DNA of 64,000 bases, taken from positions 29,016,001 through 29,080,000 of the forward strand of contig OX597833.1 of the NCBI GenBank assembly GCA_951406725.2, read 5' to 3'. The position numbers were made by a program, and so were the translations under genes. This DNA is from Octopus vulgaris (taxonomy: Eukaryota). The notes under the pieces were generated by a model. The model made no database searches and had not been told where the DNA came from. It worked only from the letters and a program-made list of their open reading frames with translations. Positions 1 through 12,325 of this stretch are shown piece after piece. How positions within the stretch are numbered: position 1 is the first letter of the stretch; every line of letters begins with the position of its first letter.

Positions 1-238
1 GAACTTTTCCAAGGCCTCAAGTTAGGAAACACTGTATTAAAGCAACCCCTATAGTGAAATCTTAATCACTTGACCTACTACAAGTTGTCGCCATATCTCC
101 TTCATAGCACATCCTATAGTTGTAAATAAAGAGAGGACAAATTTAATCATGCTTTCTTTCATGAACCTTGGAAAGATGAAAAAGCAAAGTTGACTCTGTC
201 ACTATTTGAATTCAGAAACATAAAAGGACCATAATTAA

Positions 239-458
239 CCCTTTCGTTACTGTATTTATTTTGAGATGATCTGTGTTTCTTTCAATTACTTTAAATATAA
301 CAAAGAATTTAGTAAAATAACTTGGTTATCATTCAGCTAGTGTTAGGAACATAAATTGTGACTAAGTTTTGGTGGAAGATTTTAATTCAAAACTTATGAA
401 AACAAGACATTTGTATTCAGAACCAGAGCCGGTTTCAGCCGGGTTGGTAACGAAAGGG
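239..458. mobile_element. piggyBac-type non-autonomous MITE (220 bp)
   Basis: Perfect 12-bp TIRs CCCTTTCGTTAC (239-250) / GTAACGAAAGGG (447-458), flanked by TTAA on both sides (235-238, 459-462). CCC...GGG ends with a TTAA TSD are the piggyBac signature. Confidence 0.85.
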
Positions 459-2764
459 TTAAGACAGTTTGTCTGATGCTCTTATACAGTCTTTCCTAAA
501 CTTGTGTTAGTCTAACACCTGCTTTGATGGGAAGTTGAAATGGCTAACACTCCTTAAATCATCCATGGTAGGTGAAGTTTAATTTAAATTTTGGTAGGGA
601 AACACAGTTCTAATAATTCTGCCAATCCACATAAATGATATTAAAAACAAAACAAAAACATCACCCAATTGATATTTCAAATGAAATAATTATTGATTTC
701 TTTAACATAGCCAAAAGGTAGTGGGGAGGGGGGTTATCTTTTTAAGGACAGAATCTACATAACTGTTGGAACTAAGCTCAGTACATTATTATTTATTGTT
801 GTGTAGCTCTAGCTTGGCCTTGATTAATCAGACCTTTCATTAAAGCTGTTTCAGTCAAAGCTATCCCTTATTTTTGTGTATTAAAGACTACATTACTGAA
901 TGTATCCTTTCTTCACTTCAAATGTGATAATGTAATGTGAAGGAGACTTGCCTGCTATTTCCACTAGGTCAAGTCGCAGCATAGATGCTGCCTTATTGTC
1001 ATGCACAGTACTGGTATTTTGTATGTATTCTGTTATTTCTTTCATTGGAAGAAGAGTATGAAAGATAAAATGTTGTCAAAGAATGAGACTTAATACAATA
1101 AGATATTTTATAAAATATTATTATTTTTGCTCATATACAGATCTAATGGTAATATTGATAATGTTTCTGAACATTGCTACTGGAGAAGAGATAAAATTGA
1201 TTAATCTATTCAATATTAACTCATTGCAGACCACCTGTACTGAAATGTTCCTGTTTAAATTAAAATAATCAAAATTTAAAAGATGAACATTTCAGTAAGT
1301 CAAACACCAATATAGTGGGGGCCTCTATGTGGCTGCTTGACCTACTCAAAACATTTGCCAAATACCCCTCATAACCTACCGTGGTAAAAAAAAATCAAAG
1401 ACACATTTGGCAGCTTAGTTTTGGATTAGTCATGGTTGGAATGTCTTGAACAAGCAATAATCAATATATAGAGTTACAGATATTTTACTTAACTCCTCCA
1501 TAATCTTGATTACATTGAAAATTAATTGAAACACATGTGTAGTTATTGGAAATATAGTCATGACATAGTTGTTAACTTGTCTCCAATATATGATTGATAC
1601 ATATTTTATTGATTTTTGACAGGATTCAAACTCCAATCAATAAAGTAACACAATTCAGTACAACATAGTACTCTACTGTTTCTGGAACTCAAGCACTCAG
1701 TAGTAACTATTAGTATTTCTTAACTTTCTACCTCTTTATGTTCTGTGTTCAAATCCTGCCAAATCAGCTTTGATTTTCATCCTTTAGGGGCTGATAAAAT
1801 AAAATATTAATGAAGTATCAGAGTTAATATAGTACTGAGGTTGATGGTATTGGCTTACCTTCTCTCAAAATTGCTACCTTTATGTCTAAATTAGAAACAA
1901 TTGTTTCTTTACTAGAACCCCAAGATATTGGAGACAGTACAAAAGATGGAATACAAAACAATGAAAGTTTACATCAAGTAAAAAATAACAATAGAATCAG
2001 CAGCAAGGAAAAGGCTCCCAATTGTTATTATCGCCAGGAGAAATAAAGGAATTCCACAGATCTAACATTACTTTGATCACTATGGACAAATCCCTCTCTC
2101 AGCTCTCATTTCCTAGCCTACAAGTGCATGGCTGAGAGTAGGGTCTTTCATTATAGTCATACTCACCTCCCTCATTTATACCATTATCTTCATCATTATT
2201 TTAATTTGTTTTCTCGTGCTGGTGTGAGTTGGATGGGTTATTACAGATTGAATCTGAACTTGTTTGGAGTTACTACTCTCTGGACTGATTTGGGGACCAA
2301 TTTTTGCTCATGCCTTACCTTTTTTGGTATGATTTATTCAACTGAATGCCAGTTTACAGAGTGTGCTGGTACATTTTATTACAACACCAGGTCTAAAATA
2401 CAAGTGGAACCTGTAAAAAAAACCCAGTAAGGACATGGGGCAAGAGGAGAATGTGTATAGGCGCAATGCCTCAATTCTATGAGAAGGGAATAGTTGATTG
2501 AATCAACCCCAGAAGAATGAAAAACAAAGTTGGTCTCAGTGGATTTTGAACTCAGAATATAAATAAGTGTGATTAAATGCAAAAAAATTTTATGTGATGC
2601 TCTACCAACTGTGCCAGTGCACTGCTAACTTCTTTGATTACTTTTATTAATAAGAATAATAATCCTTATTAATTGACAGTATTAATGGATGACCAAAATA
2701 TTTACTGCTAAGCATTTCATCCAGCACTATCTCAACTCTTCCTATTTTCTACATAATAATAATA

Positions 2765-2955
2765 ATGGTTTCAAATTTTGGCATAAGGCCAATAATGTTA
2801 AGGAGTGAGGGGATTAGTTGATTACATCAACTCCAGTATTTGACTGGTACTTTATTTTATTGACCCCAAAAGGTTGAAAGGCAAAGTCAACCTTGGCAGT
2901 ATTTGAACTCAGCTGGAAGAAATACCATTTGGTATTTTGCCAGCTCACTGCCTTA
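2765..2955 (-). mobile_element. SINE family A copy (head ggtgagctggcagaat; core ctttcatcctttcggggtcgataaa; ATT-rich tail)
   Basis: Reverse complement of the ~210-bp unit found more than 20 times in the window. It has a Pol III B-box-like GAGTTCAAAT; the central block resembles Nin/Deu-type SINE cores (from recall). Confidence 0.75.
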
Positions 2956-3549
2956 ATGAAGATTTTTTTTAACACATGGCCACAAATTTAGGGTGGGAGA
3001 AATCATAGCTGATTATATCAACTCTAATAGTTGGCTCATGTTTGTTTTATTGATACTTACCCCTCCTCAGAAATACATGACAGGCAAAGTTGACCATGTT
3101 CCTACCATAACAGGTTGTGCATAAACCACATCAATGACTAGTAAATACAATATAAAAACTACAAAAAATAAAAGATTATTTGGTAATATGAGGAACACAG
3201 CCTTTATTGTCCCTGTATGCAATCATTTCCAAAACCAAAACATTTATTAAACCCAATAATACTCCTACTTTTTGTTTGAACAAGATCAAAGGGAAGTAAT
3301 GTCAACATATACAAGCAATGTCACTACTATGTTATGAGACACCTTTGGAAATCCAGGCATTATCACCTCTTATTCCTCCACTATGGTGGAATGTGAGGTG
3401 ATAATTGAAGTAAACTTTAACCAGACCAAGTTGGTGGACTTGCAATTCAACATCTGGAAAAACAAGTCTATGTCAATCAACTTAGTTATTAAAATGAGAC
3501 TCTGGTCCAACCATGAAGTTGTGAGCAAGGTGGCTAGTCTTTTTCAGAA

Positions 3550-3815
3550 ATAGTCTGCCTGTGATTCCACTATACCTCTTGAGTGTTCATAGCTTACATT
3601 GGGTACATTGTATGGAATTTATATCTACTTCCTTTCTGCATGTTGAGTAAGACCATTTCCCTGAAGATATCAGGATCCTATCTTCTTTCTTGCTTACTAA
3701 AACCTTAGACTTTGCTAAGTTTGCCTTGAAAACTCTCAATTTTAGGTTTAGCTTCTGTGCCTGGAATTTTGTCTCTAATTCTCCTATAGATTCAGCTATG
3801 AGAACTAGATCAGCA
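3550..3815 (-). pseudogene. Decayed RTE-clade LINE RT fragment with Cys-rich insert
   Basis: Minus strand reads approximately ADLVLIAESIGELE...NLAKSKVLVSKKEDRILISSGKWSYSTCRKEVDINSIQCTQCKL; homologous to the 40360-41085 fragment. Confidence 0.55.
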
Positions 3816-3872
3816 TTTTACCATCATGGTACAAAATTCTCAAGATTTCCTTAAATATTGTAATAAAAACCA

Positions 3873-3927
3873 GCAAGCAATTTGGTGAGTTTTGCAATGT
3901 TCTTGCAAAACTCACCAAATTGCTTGC
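3873..3927. repeat. Perfect 25-bp inverted repeat with 5-nt loop
   Basis: gcaagcaatttggtgagttttgcaa (3873-3897), loop tgttc, ttgcaaaactcaccaaattgcttgc (3903-3927). Confidence 0.95.
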
Positions 3928-5493
3928 ATGTTTTGCTTGCATGCAGTGATATTAGTAGTACAATGGTATTGTACAGGCAAATTTTGATACTGGTAAATGT
4001 GTTCATGAGTCAGATTTTGTACATTTGCTGAAATACTTCTGTCACATTCCAATTCTGCTTCTGACATCAGTTTCAGCTTCTTTATCATCATACTGTCTGA
4101 GTAAGTAAATTGACTTACGTCTTTGACAGTTTATTCTTTAACTATCAGAGTGGTTGCTTTACAATCATGTAATAATCCAGGTGTTGTGATTGGCATAGGG
4201 TGACTGATCTCCCGTTTTATCTCACACACATACATTTTTTCTTTACATTGTATTCTTGCTCTTGCTCCATGTATTTCCTATGCCCCACCTCACACCCTCA
4301 TCCATAGTTGTTTTTTATGTTTTATAGTTGGAACATTGTGAGACACTCAGGGGTTTTTACAACTTAAGCAATTCATTCAGTAGTACATCAACCTTTTACT
4401 CTCTGCAGACAATCAGAAGTTAGAATGACATCATTCTCCTAGAAACTCTATGTGTTGCAGAAGATCAATTGAACATTCTATTCCTGAGCACTTTCAGTTT
4501 GAAGATGGTGGGCAACTATCAGAAATCTCTGGTTGACTGTGCTACTGAGGAACATTGCTGGTTTGGGATAAATTCTACAGATATGGAAATGCCATCAGCT
4601 AGGCCTGAGATGCACACATAGTAAGGAAACTCTTCTGCATGCATTCATTCAGCATTACTGACTCGTGGGGTTATGTTAAGAGCTGTTATCTTGGGTAGGG
4701 TGGATCTGGCTATTAGCTAAATCCATTTTGAGAATTGCCCTGGTGTCTTCCTCTAGTTGGGAAGGGCAAGCAATTTTTGTTTAATGATTATAGCAAAAGA
4801 AGTTATGTGGCAGACAAAATAGAAAGGACTGAGGGAAAACACTTTTCTCTTAAGTCAAGCGTACATGAATTTCTGGTTTCAAGTAGAAGGTAAGGCTATA
4901 GAGAAGGAAGTGCTGCTATTCTATAAATTTGTTACGCTCAGTATGCTTGTGTAAGCTGTAGATCTGACAAGAGAAGGCACTTGCTCTTTGCTAGTAAAAG
5001 GTAATGCAGGGTCTGTGAAGTTTCCTATTTGGAAGCTATTGGGGCATCTCATTTCATATCTTTTATATACTGCTGATTTACATGTGGATTTTTTCTCTAA
5101 CTGTTTCTGTGTAAACCTCCATGTTGTTTTGGTTTTTTTTTCGTAATTGCTTTCATAATGTCCTTCATCTGTTGCTCATGTGGTAAATTAAGAAACGATT
5201 GTTACTATGCCTATAGAAAACATTAGTATTTTGTAACCAGTGTTTAGTACATTTGGATTTATAATTTTGTCTGGTGTAAAACATCTGTTGGTTATTCATT
5301 GTACACTATTTTAATTAGTGAGTGTTGTGTTTAATTACCATAACTGAAATATTGACATCCATAGCTTGATATTAGTTTATTGACATTACTGTTTATATAA
5401 AGATGTATGGTGTGGTGTTGTATGTGTGTTTCAAAACAAGCCTGATGAATCTCTGTAAAATATATGTAAATGTGTATTTATTTTGTTTAGAAA

Positions 5494-5780
5494 CTTCTTC
5501 TTCTTCTTTGCCTTCTTCTTCTTCTTCTTCTTCTTCTTCTTCTTTGCCTTCTTCTTCTTCTTCTTCTTCTTCTTCTTCTTCTTCTTCTTCTTCTTCTTCT
5601 TCTTCTTCTTCTTCTTCTTCTTCTTCTTCTTCTTCTTCTTCTTCTTCTTCTTTGCCTTCTTCTTCTTCTTCTTCTTCTTCTTCTTCTTCTTCTTCTTCTT
5701 CTTCTTCTTCTTCTTCTTCTTCTTTGCCTTCTTCTTCTTCGCCTTCTTCTTTGCCTTCTTCCTCTTCGCCTTCTTCTTTT
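5494..5780. repeat. (TTC)n trinucleotide repeat with recurrent TTTGCC interruptions
   Basis: Directly visible; source of the poly-E/poly-S/poly-F ORF artefacts. Confidence 0.97.
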
Positions 5781-5904
5781 TCTCTCATGGTCATATTGGG
5801 GAGAAAATCAATTTATGGCCATGTGCTAATGTTAAAATAGTTAATGTTAAAATAGTTAAAAGATAAAAGGTACCCTTTTATCTTTGAACCCTTTTATCTT
5901 TTAA

Positions 5905-6600
5905 ATATAGGTACAAGACCTAAGATTGGGAGGTGGGGTTGATTTCATTGACTGGTACTTATTTTGTTGACCCCAGCATTTGACTGATATTTATTTTATC
6001 AATCCCCTCCCGCTAAAAAAAAAAGAATGGATGAAAGGCAAAGTTGACATTGGAATTTGAACTCAGAATGTAAAGCTGGAAGAAATACTGTTAAGCATTT
6101 TATCTGACTTGCAAATGATTCTGTTGGCTTGCTGTCTTCCAAAATTGCTATTAATAATAAGGTAATTTAAGGCGGTGAGCTGGCAGAATCACTAACATAC
6201 CGGGCAAAATGCTTTGTGGCATTTTGTCTGTTTTTATGTTCTGAGTTCAAATGCCACTGAGGTCAACTTTGCCCTTCGTCCTTTTGGGGTCAGTAAAATA
6301 AGTACCAGTTGAATCTTGAGGGTCAATGTAATTGATTTATCCCTTCCCCAAATTTGCTTGTCTTGTGCCAAAATTTGAAATCAATAATAAGGTAATTTGG
6401 TGAAGTGGCTGAAATGGTAGTGTGTCAAGAGAAATACTTTGTTGTAGTTAATTACTCTTATTTTCTGAGTTCAGATCCCACCAGAGTCAGTTTTGCTTTT
6501 CATCCCACAAGAATTGATAAAATAAATACTAAAAACTTTTGGGGGATTGACTTAACTGACTATATTCACTCCAAAAATCTGTGGGCTTGTGCTTATGTTT
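5905..6600. mobile_element. Three SINE family A copies (one minus ~5905-6140; two plus ~6170-6385 and ~6400-6600)
   Basis: Head aaggcggtgagctggcagaatc at ~6169; gagttcaaat / ctttcatcc core motifs on both strands. Confidence 0.75.
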
Positions 6601-9594
6601 GAAGGCACATGACCTACTAGTTAGGCAATAGGGCTCTCCATCATAATATCATGGGTTCAGTTTTTAACCCAAGAGGTGCATTGTATTCTTGGGCAAGGCA
6701 TGAACAGTCATTAGTGTAAACTCAGTACAACAGCATTAACCGGTCAGTGGTATGCATGAAAGGTCATACATCTATATCCCATCTTTATCCTGTGTTAGAA
6801 ATCAATGTAATAGTAGCAAGGTTGTGTCACCAAAAAACTGCCAAATAGCAGGTTACAAATCTTTGATGTTACTTCCCTATTCTCCAGGGATTTTTCTTTA
6901 ACTGAAGTTAGGTATTTTGTAGAATAAATACACATTAAAAATTTTTTATCATATTTATCTGAGAGCATGAAGTGAGCAGTGTCAACTGTCTCAACCATCA
7001 ATATATAAACTTTCCAGGTTGTTTACTGGACCTGTCTAGCATAGGGAGTGTTACATACTAGAAGTTCATATCTGATAGCTTATTTGACACTGTAGTCATT
7101 GGGGTTTTAATATCACTTACATGAATTGTTCGACAAATTACATGCCTGGTTGCTTGTACTCTATTGTTATGTGAGAGTAATACCTAAGCCTGTATGTGTT
7201 TGGTTAACCTACTCTCATTGGGCAAATTTGTGGTACAGAAGATGACATAGGACACAGGGGTAGCTAATGTGAGACACAAGCTGGTTTACAGCATAAAAGT
7301 AACTGAGCTTTGATATGTGAGTAATCAGTCTACAGCTAACATGTAGCTGGTCTACAACATGCAGGTAGCTTGTTTGTCACACACTTGGCTCACAAACACA
7401 CACCTGGCTAATGGCACACAACCAGTTGATAACACAAACTGGTAGCTGACCTATATGATGCAGAATTAGTCACTCAAATAAATCTATTGATCATTGTATC
7501 TAACTTTGGCTATGCTATCTTATTGAGAGATGTACTGTCATAAGTTTTAAGCATTTGAAACGGTAGCTTAACCATGGACTAGCAGAATCAGAAAGAATTA
7601 AAAAAAAGATCTAAGGGATTCATGCTCAAAAAAATGAATTAATTCTAATTCTGTGCATAATAAACATAATTGAATCTTAAACATTGGGGTGGCTTTAGAG
7701 TCAAATGGATAAATATGATCATATTTGGCTTGGCAATTGGAAGATCGTGATCTCAAAGCTTATTTGGGTTTCTTTTATTAGGCTTGATGCTACTACGGTA
7801 ATGTAAAGTCTTTTGAATATTTGATTTATTGATAAGATAAAGGCAGTTTTCAACGATTTTGATAAATGTGTATAACAATAAACCAGGTTCTATTGGTAAC
7901 ATTAACCCTTCAAGACATAGTACAGCTAATGAAGTTTATCAGCTGCAGTTCATATTTTTATTAATGATTACTGGAAAATGTCTGGAACATTTTCAGAAAT
8001 GAAGTTTTTCTCACATTAGAGAATTAACAGTGATTAATAGAGGCAAAATCCTGTGATGTGATGTTAATAAGATATCCCTTTAATAAATTAATGTTTCAAA
8101 TTTAAAATAACTGAAAAATGAACCCTTTTATCTTCTGGGATCAATGGTGTCAACTTAACCCCTCACCTCAAAATTGCTGGTCTTGTACCTAAATTAGAAA
8201 CCATTATTAGAGAGGTGAGTTGGCAGAATTGTGAAAACATCAGACAAAATGCTTTGTGGAATTTAGTTATGGCCCTTTACATTCTGAGTTCAAATCCTGC
8301 GAAGGTTGACTTTTTCTTTCTTCCAGGGTTGATAAAATAAAGTCCCTCTAAAGTATTGCATTTGATTCAATCAACTATGCCCTAGTCTCAAATGTCTGGC
8401 TTATTAATAATAATTATTATTCTTGAATTGTGTTATTTTATTTCAAGATATTATTTAATGTTGTTCTTTAGTGTGTTTTTTTTATCATTCCAAAGTTAAT
8501 AAAATACCAGTAATATATTGCAATCAATCCCAGCTGACCTTACTCTTTATCTAAAAGTAAATTTCAACTCATAACTTGACTTATTGAAGTTAATTAGCAG
8601 CTTTTTTAATTGGCTCTTTACTTGCTAGTGCCTACACTTCTCTGACAAGAATGTCTGAATGTACAGCATGGCGCACATCAAATACAAGGCTAGTATGCAG
8701 AGAAAGTAACTGACCCATCACATATGTCCTGACTGATATATATACTAGAAAGATAACCATTTTGGTATTGACATGTCATGTAAAATAAGTGATTCATGCT
8801 GGGAGAAAGAGTACCAGTAGCCAATTGGGATTGTTATTTGACTGCAAGTTATGTCTGCCAAAGCAGACCTGTTATTAAAGGTTGTGACCATCCTTTCTAT
8901 TTTTTGCTTCAGCTATATTATACAAGGTGTCATTTTCTTTTAAAGACATTAGGATGTAATTTGAGAAAGATTTGGGTACTATTTCTAACACGTTGGTCAG
9001 CTTGAGAATATATTAGAAGATACTACAGGTTGAGGTTGACTTGTAAAGACAGCCCAGGCTCTGTTGCTCATTAGGCTGAAAAAAAAAATGTCAAAATATC
9101 TATTGCTCTCTGACAAGTTTATGGCCAAGCCTGGGGCAGTGGAGACCTTTGGCATTCTCAGCCCCAGGTCATGTCCCTGCTTACTGCTATCAGGGCATGA
9201 TCTGCAAGTGTGTGCTTGTGAATCAGAGTGGCTGTTCCAGTGCATCTCCCTTGCCATCCTCCAGGATGACACCTTTTCCAGTTTGTCTACTGGGACCATA
9301 AGACAATCTGAATTACAGGAAATCAAGAGAATGTGAGAATTTCATAGCTTACTACCCGTAGTTGGTCAGTATATCAACAAGAGATAAATTGTCATTTTTC
9401 ACCTAAATTAAGATATGACAGAAAAATGAAACACTTTGATTTAGCAATAAATAGTGACGACAGATGATGGTAAACCAAGGATGAAGTTGTTCAATCACAC
9501 TTGAGAATGTAAGGTTCTACTTGTGAGATTATGTAAAACCACGAATTTCACCATGAAATTTTAATTTCATGGTGATGAGCAACAAGAATAATAA

Positions 9595-10272
9595 TTCTTC
9601 CTAATTTTGGTATAAAGCATTTTGAGGGAAGACAATAAGTCAAGTTACATCAACTCCAATATTTAACTGGTACATATTATATCAGTCCCAAAAGAATGAA
9701 AAGTAAAATTTTACTTGGCAGTATTTTAGTTCAGAATATAAAGAGTCAGAAGAAATGCTGCTAATCATTTTGTCTGACACGCTAATGGTTCTGCCTGTTC
9801 TCTGCTTTTAAAAATAGCAGAAGCAATTATGGTTTCAAATTTGGCACAAGGCCAGCAATTTTGGGGTGGGGGTTAATTACATTGACCCCAGTATTTGACT
9901 GGTATTTTATTTCATTAAACCTGAAAGGGTAAATAGCAAAGTTGACTTTAGCAGGATTTGAACTCAGGATGTAGTTAGAACTCAGGATGAGTTAGAAGAA
10001 ATAACGCAAGGTATTTTTTCAAGCTTAATTATAATAATAATCCTTTCTACTATAGGCACAAGGCCTGAAATTTGTGTGGAGGAAGGGGGCTTGCCAATTA
10101 AATTGGGATTGACGAAGTAAGCCCCAGTTGAGCACTGGGACTTACTTCGTCAATCCCATAAGGGTGAAAGGCAAAGTTGACCAACTTCTGCAGAATTTGA
10201 ACTCAGAATGTAATGACATGAAATGTTGCTAAGCATTTTATGCAGCATGCTAGCAATTCTGCCAACTCACCA
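9595..10272 (-). mobile_element. Tandem of three SINE family A copies
   Basis: Three successive reverse-complement units (~9595-9810, ~9830-10020, ~10040-10272); two boundaries carry short ATAAT/AAT runs. Confidence 0.75.
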
Positions 10273-10289
10273 TAATGATTTCTTTATTT

Positions 10290-10770
10290 AACTACTAAAG
10301 GTCCACATAAAGAACATGCTGGTCCGCATACTGTTCAGCTTTCTGTGGAGGGGTTGCATTTCACTGGCAAGGCACTCCATCTGTTGTCAATTTTTATTTG
10401 TCTGGTGGCTGTAGCAAAAGAGGTAGTGTGGTGGACATGTTTGAAATGGCTAAAGACATTTTTCTCTTTGGCCAAGCCCTCATAAACATTTTTAAGTTTC
10501 ACTTGAAAAGGAAAGTGAGGGTGGAGAGAGAAGTGTTGCCTTCTACAAAATTTGCTGAAAGTCAGAAAAATGGCCAGTGTGAAAGGACCCATTTTAAGCA
10601 TGCACCTGTGAAAGATAAAAGAAGGGCTCTTGCCCTGTTGATCAGGCACATGTGGCTTTTGTTGGTTTTTCCATGAGGACCTTAAAGTGCCCCCCTTATT
10701 AATTTGTTTATGTTGTATGTCATTTAATGTTTCTGTATGTGAGCCTTTGTGGCTAATAGAAGAATAAATT
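10290..10770 (+). mobile_element. Tx1/L1-clade LINE 3' fragment (copy A)
   Basis: Similar to 14740-15210 (FFKFHLKRKVRVEREVLPS motif); same 3' end ctttgtggctaata...gaataaattattatt. Confidence 0.7.
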
Positions 10771-10977
10771 ATTATTATTATTATCATTATTAAGGTGGCG
10801 AGCTGGCAGAATCATTACCATCCTGGGTAAAATGCTTTGCGGCATTTCATCCATCTTTACATTCTGAGTTCAAATCCCACCGAGGTTGACTTGGCCTTTC
10901 ATCCTTTCAGGGTTGATAAACTGACTTACCCCTTTGTGCTAAAATTTGTTGGCCTTGTGCTAAAATTTGAAATCATT

Positions 10978-11385
10978 ATTACCTTCGCAAAGGCGGAGGT
11001 ATTGTTTTCAGTCATGTTTGTTTGTTTGTCCATGGACAAGATATCTTAAGAACCACTGGATAAACTGAAAAAGGCCTTTATAGAGGAAACTGTCTTTGTT
11101 CCCACTGCAGACGACGCACACATGGCATTACAAACACAGCCCGCACACCGACCTTCACATTCCATGACTACCATTGGGATTGATCAGATACTGGACAAGG
11201 ATTCTGGATTATTTTTCTGATTTAAAAAATTTTTGAGAGCAGTTGGGTTCATTTTTAATATCCTCATTTGTGAGAACAGTCGAGTTTATTTCAGATATTC
11301 TCATTTTAAAAATCATCTCTAGCTAATCGTTGAGAGGACATTGGTATTGCCTTGGTGGAGGCTTGTACTCCCTGAGTGTTCTTGT
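10978..11385 (+). mobile_element. Helentron-associated non-autonomous element (HINE/DINE-like)
   Basis: Sub-terminal inverted repeats accttcgcaaagg (10981-10993) / ccttggtggaggc (11350-11362), a short gttt microsatellite after the 5' subTIR, and a 3' hairpin gtactccctgagtgt (11365-11379); T-rich flanks. Confidence 0.6.
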
Positions 11386-11604
11386 TATTATTAAGGTGGT
11401 GAACTGGAAGAATTGTTTGCATCAGGCAAAATGCTTCGTGGCATTTTGTCTGTCTTTATGTTCTGAGTTCTAATTCTGCTGAGGTTGACTTTGCCTTTCA
11501 TCCTTTTAGGGTCGATAAGTACTAGCTGAATTCTGGGGTCACTGTTATGAACTATCCCCCTCGTGCCAAAATTTAAAATTATTATTATCATAGCTATACC
11601 TGAA

Positions 11605-12325
11605 AAGTCGAGCAGAAGTGGAAAACGCTTTCATTGCCTCTGTCATATTTTACTCTATGTGCATGGAAGTGCCTTCAGCTGGGCTTGCCCGAGATGTGTT
11701 CAGAGTGATGAAATTGTCTGTTCTGGAAGCTCTTGTCCAGTGCCTGTGTATTTCTGACTCGTGGCTTTATGTTGAACACTTGCTGTCGCATGTAAAACAG
11801 ATCCGGCTGTTGGCTGAGTCCATTGGGAAGATAGTCCTGCCAACTTCCTTTGACCAGAAAGGGCAGGCTGTCTTTCTTTAGTGAAAGAGGTCATGTGGTA
11901 AACCAAATTGAAAGGGCTGAAGACAGATTCTCCTATTTGGCCAAGCCAGAATCAACTTTTTCAAGTTTCACTTGAAAAGGAAAGTTAGGATGGAGAGGGA
12001 AGTGCTGCTTCTCAGCAATTTTGTTAAAAGATTAGTTTAATGTTGCAAGAATGGTCCAAGTGAATAGGCCTAATCTAAGCATATACCTGTAAGTTTAAGG
12101 AAGTCAATGTGAAGTGGGTACTTGCCCTAGTGGTCAAGGTGACTGGTTTCTGTGATGTCTCCATGCACAGCCTTTGGAAGTCTCCCACTTTTTGGGAATT
12201 TTCATTGTTATAATTTTATATTGTTACTGTTTTATTTTTTACATGCCTTTTATGTAACCCCACATTGTATTGTCCTGTACTGTCCCCAATGTTTTTATGA
12301 ACCGTCGTTGGTTAATAAAGAAAAT
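11605..12325 (+). mobile_element. Tx1/L1-clade LINE 3' fragment (copy B)
   Basis: Contains the decayed C-terminal Zn-knuckle region (HGSAFSWACPRCVQSDE...ALVQC) and the shared 3' UTR ending aataaagaaaatattatt. Confidence 0.7.

Noticed and set aside
4380-5060. Possible ancient LINE endonuclease relic on the minus strand
   Set aside because: Too degenerate to assign any motif with confidence.
5436-5500. CTGATGA...GAAAC just before the TTC tract
   Set aside because: No stem I or stem III pairing; may be chance or a truncated relic.
5393-5866. Poly-E, poly-S and poly-F ORFs
   Set aside because: Translations of the (TTC)n repeat.
8997-9350. GC-richer segment with a good minus-strand acceptor (ttcctgtaattcag) as a possible exon
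   Set aside because: No frame gives a recognisable protein and there is no convincing partner exon; cannot be supported without RNA data.
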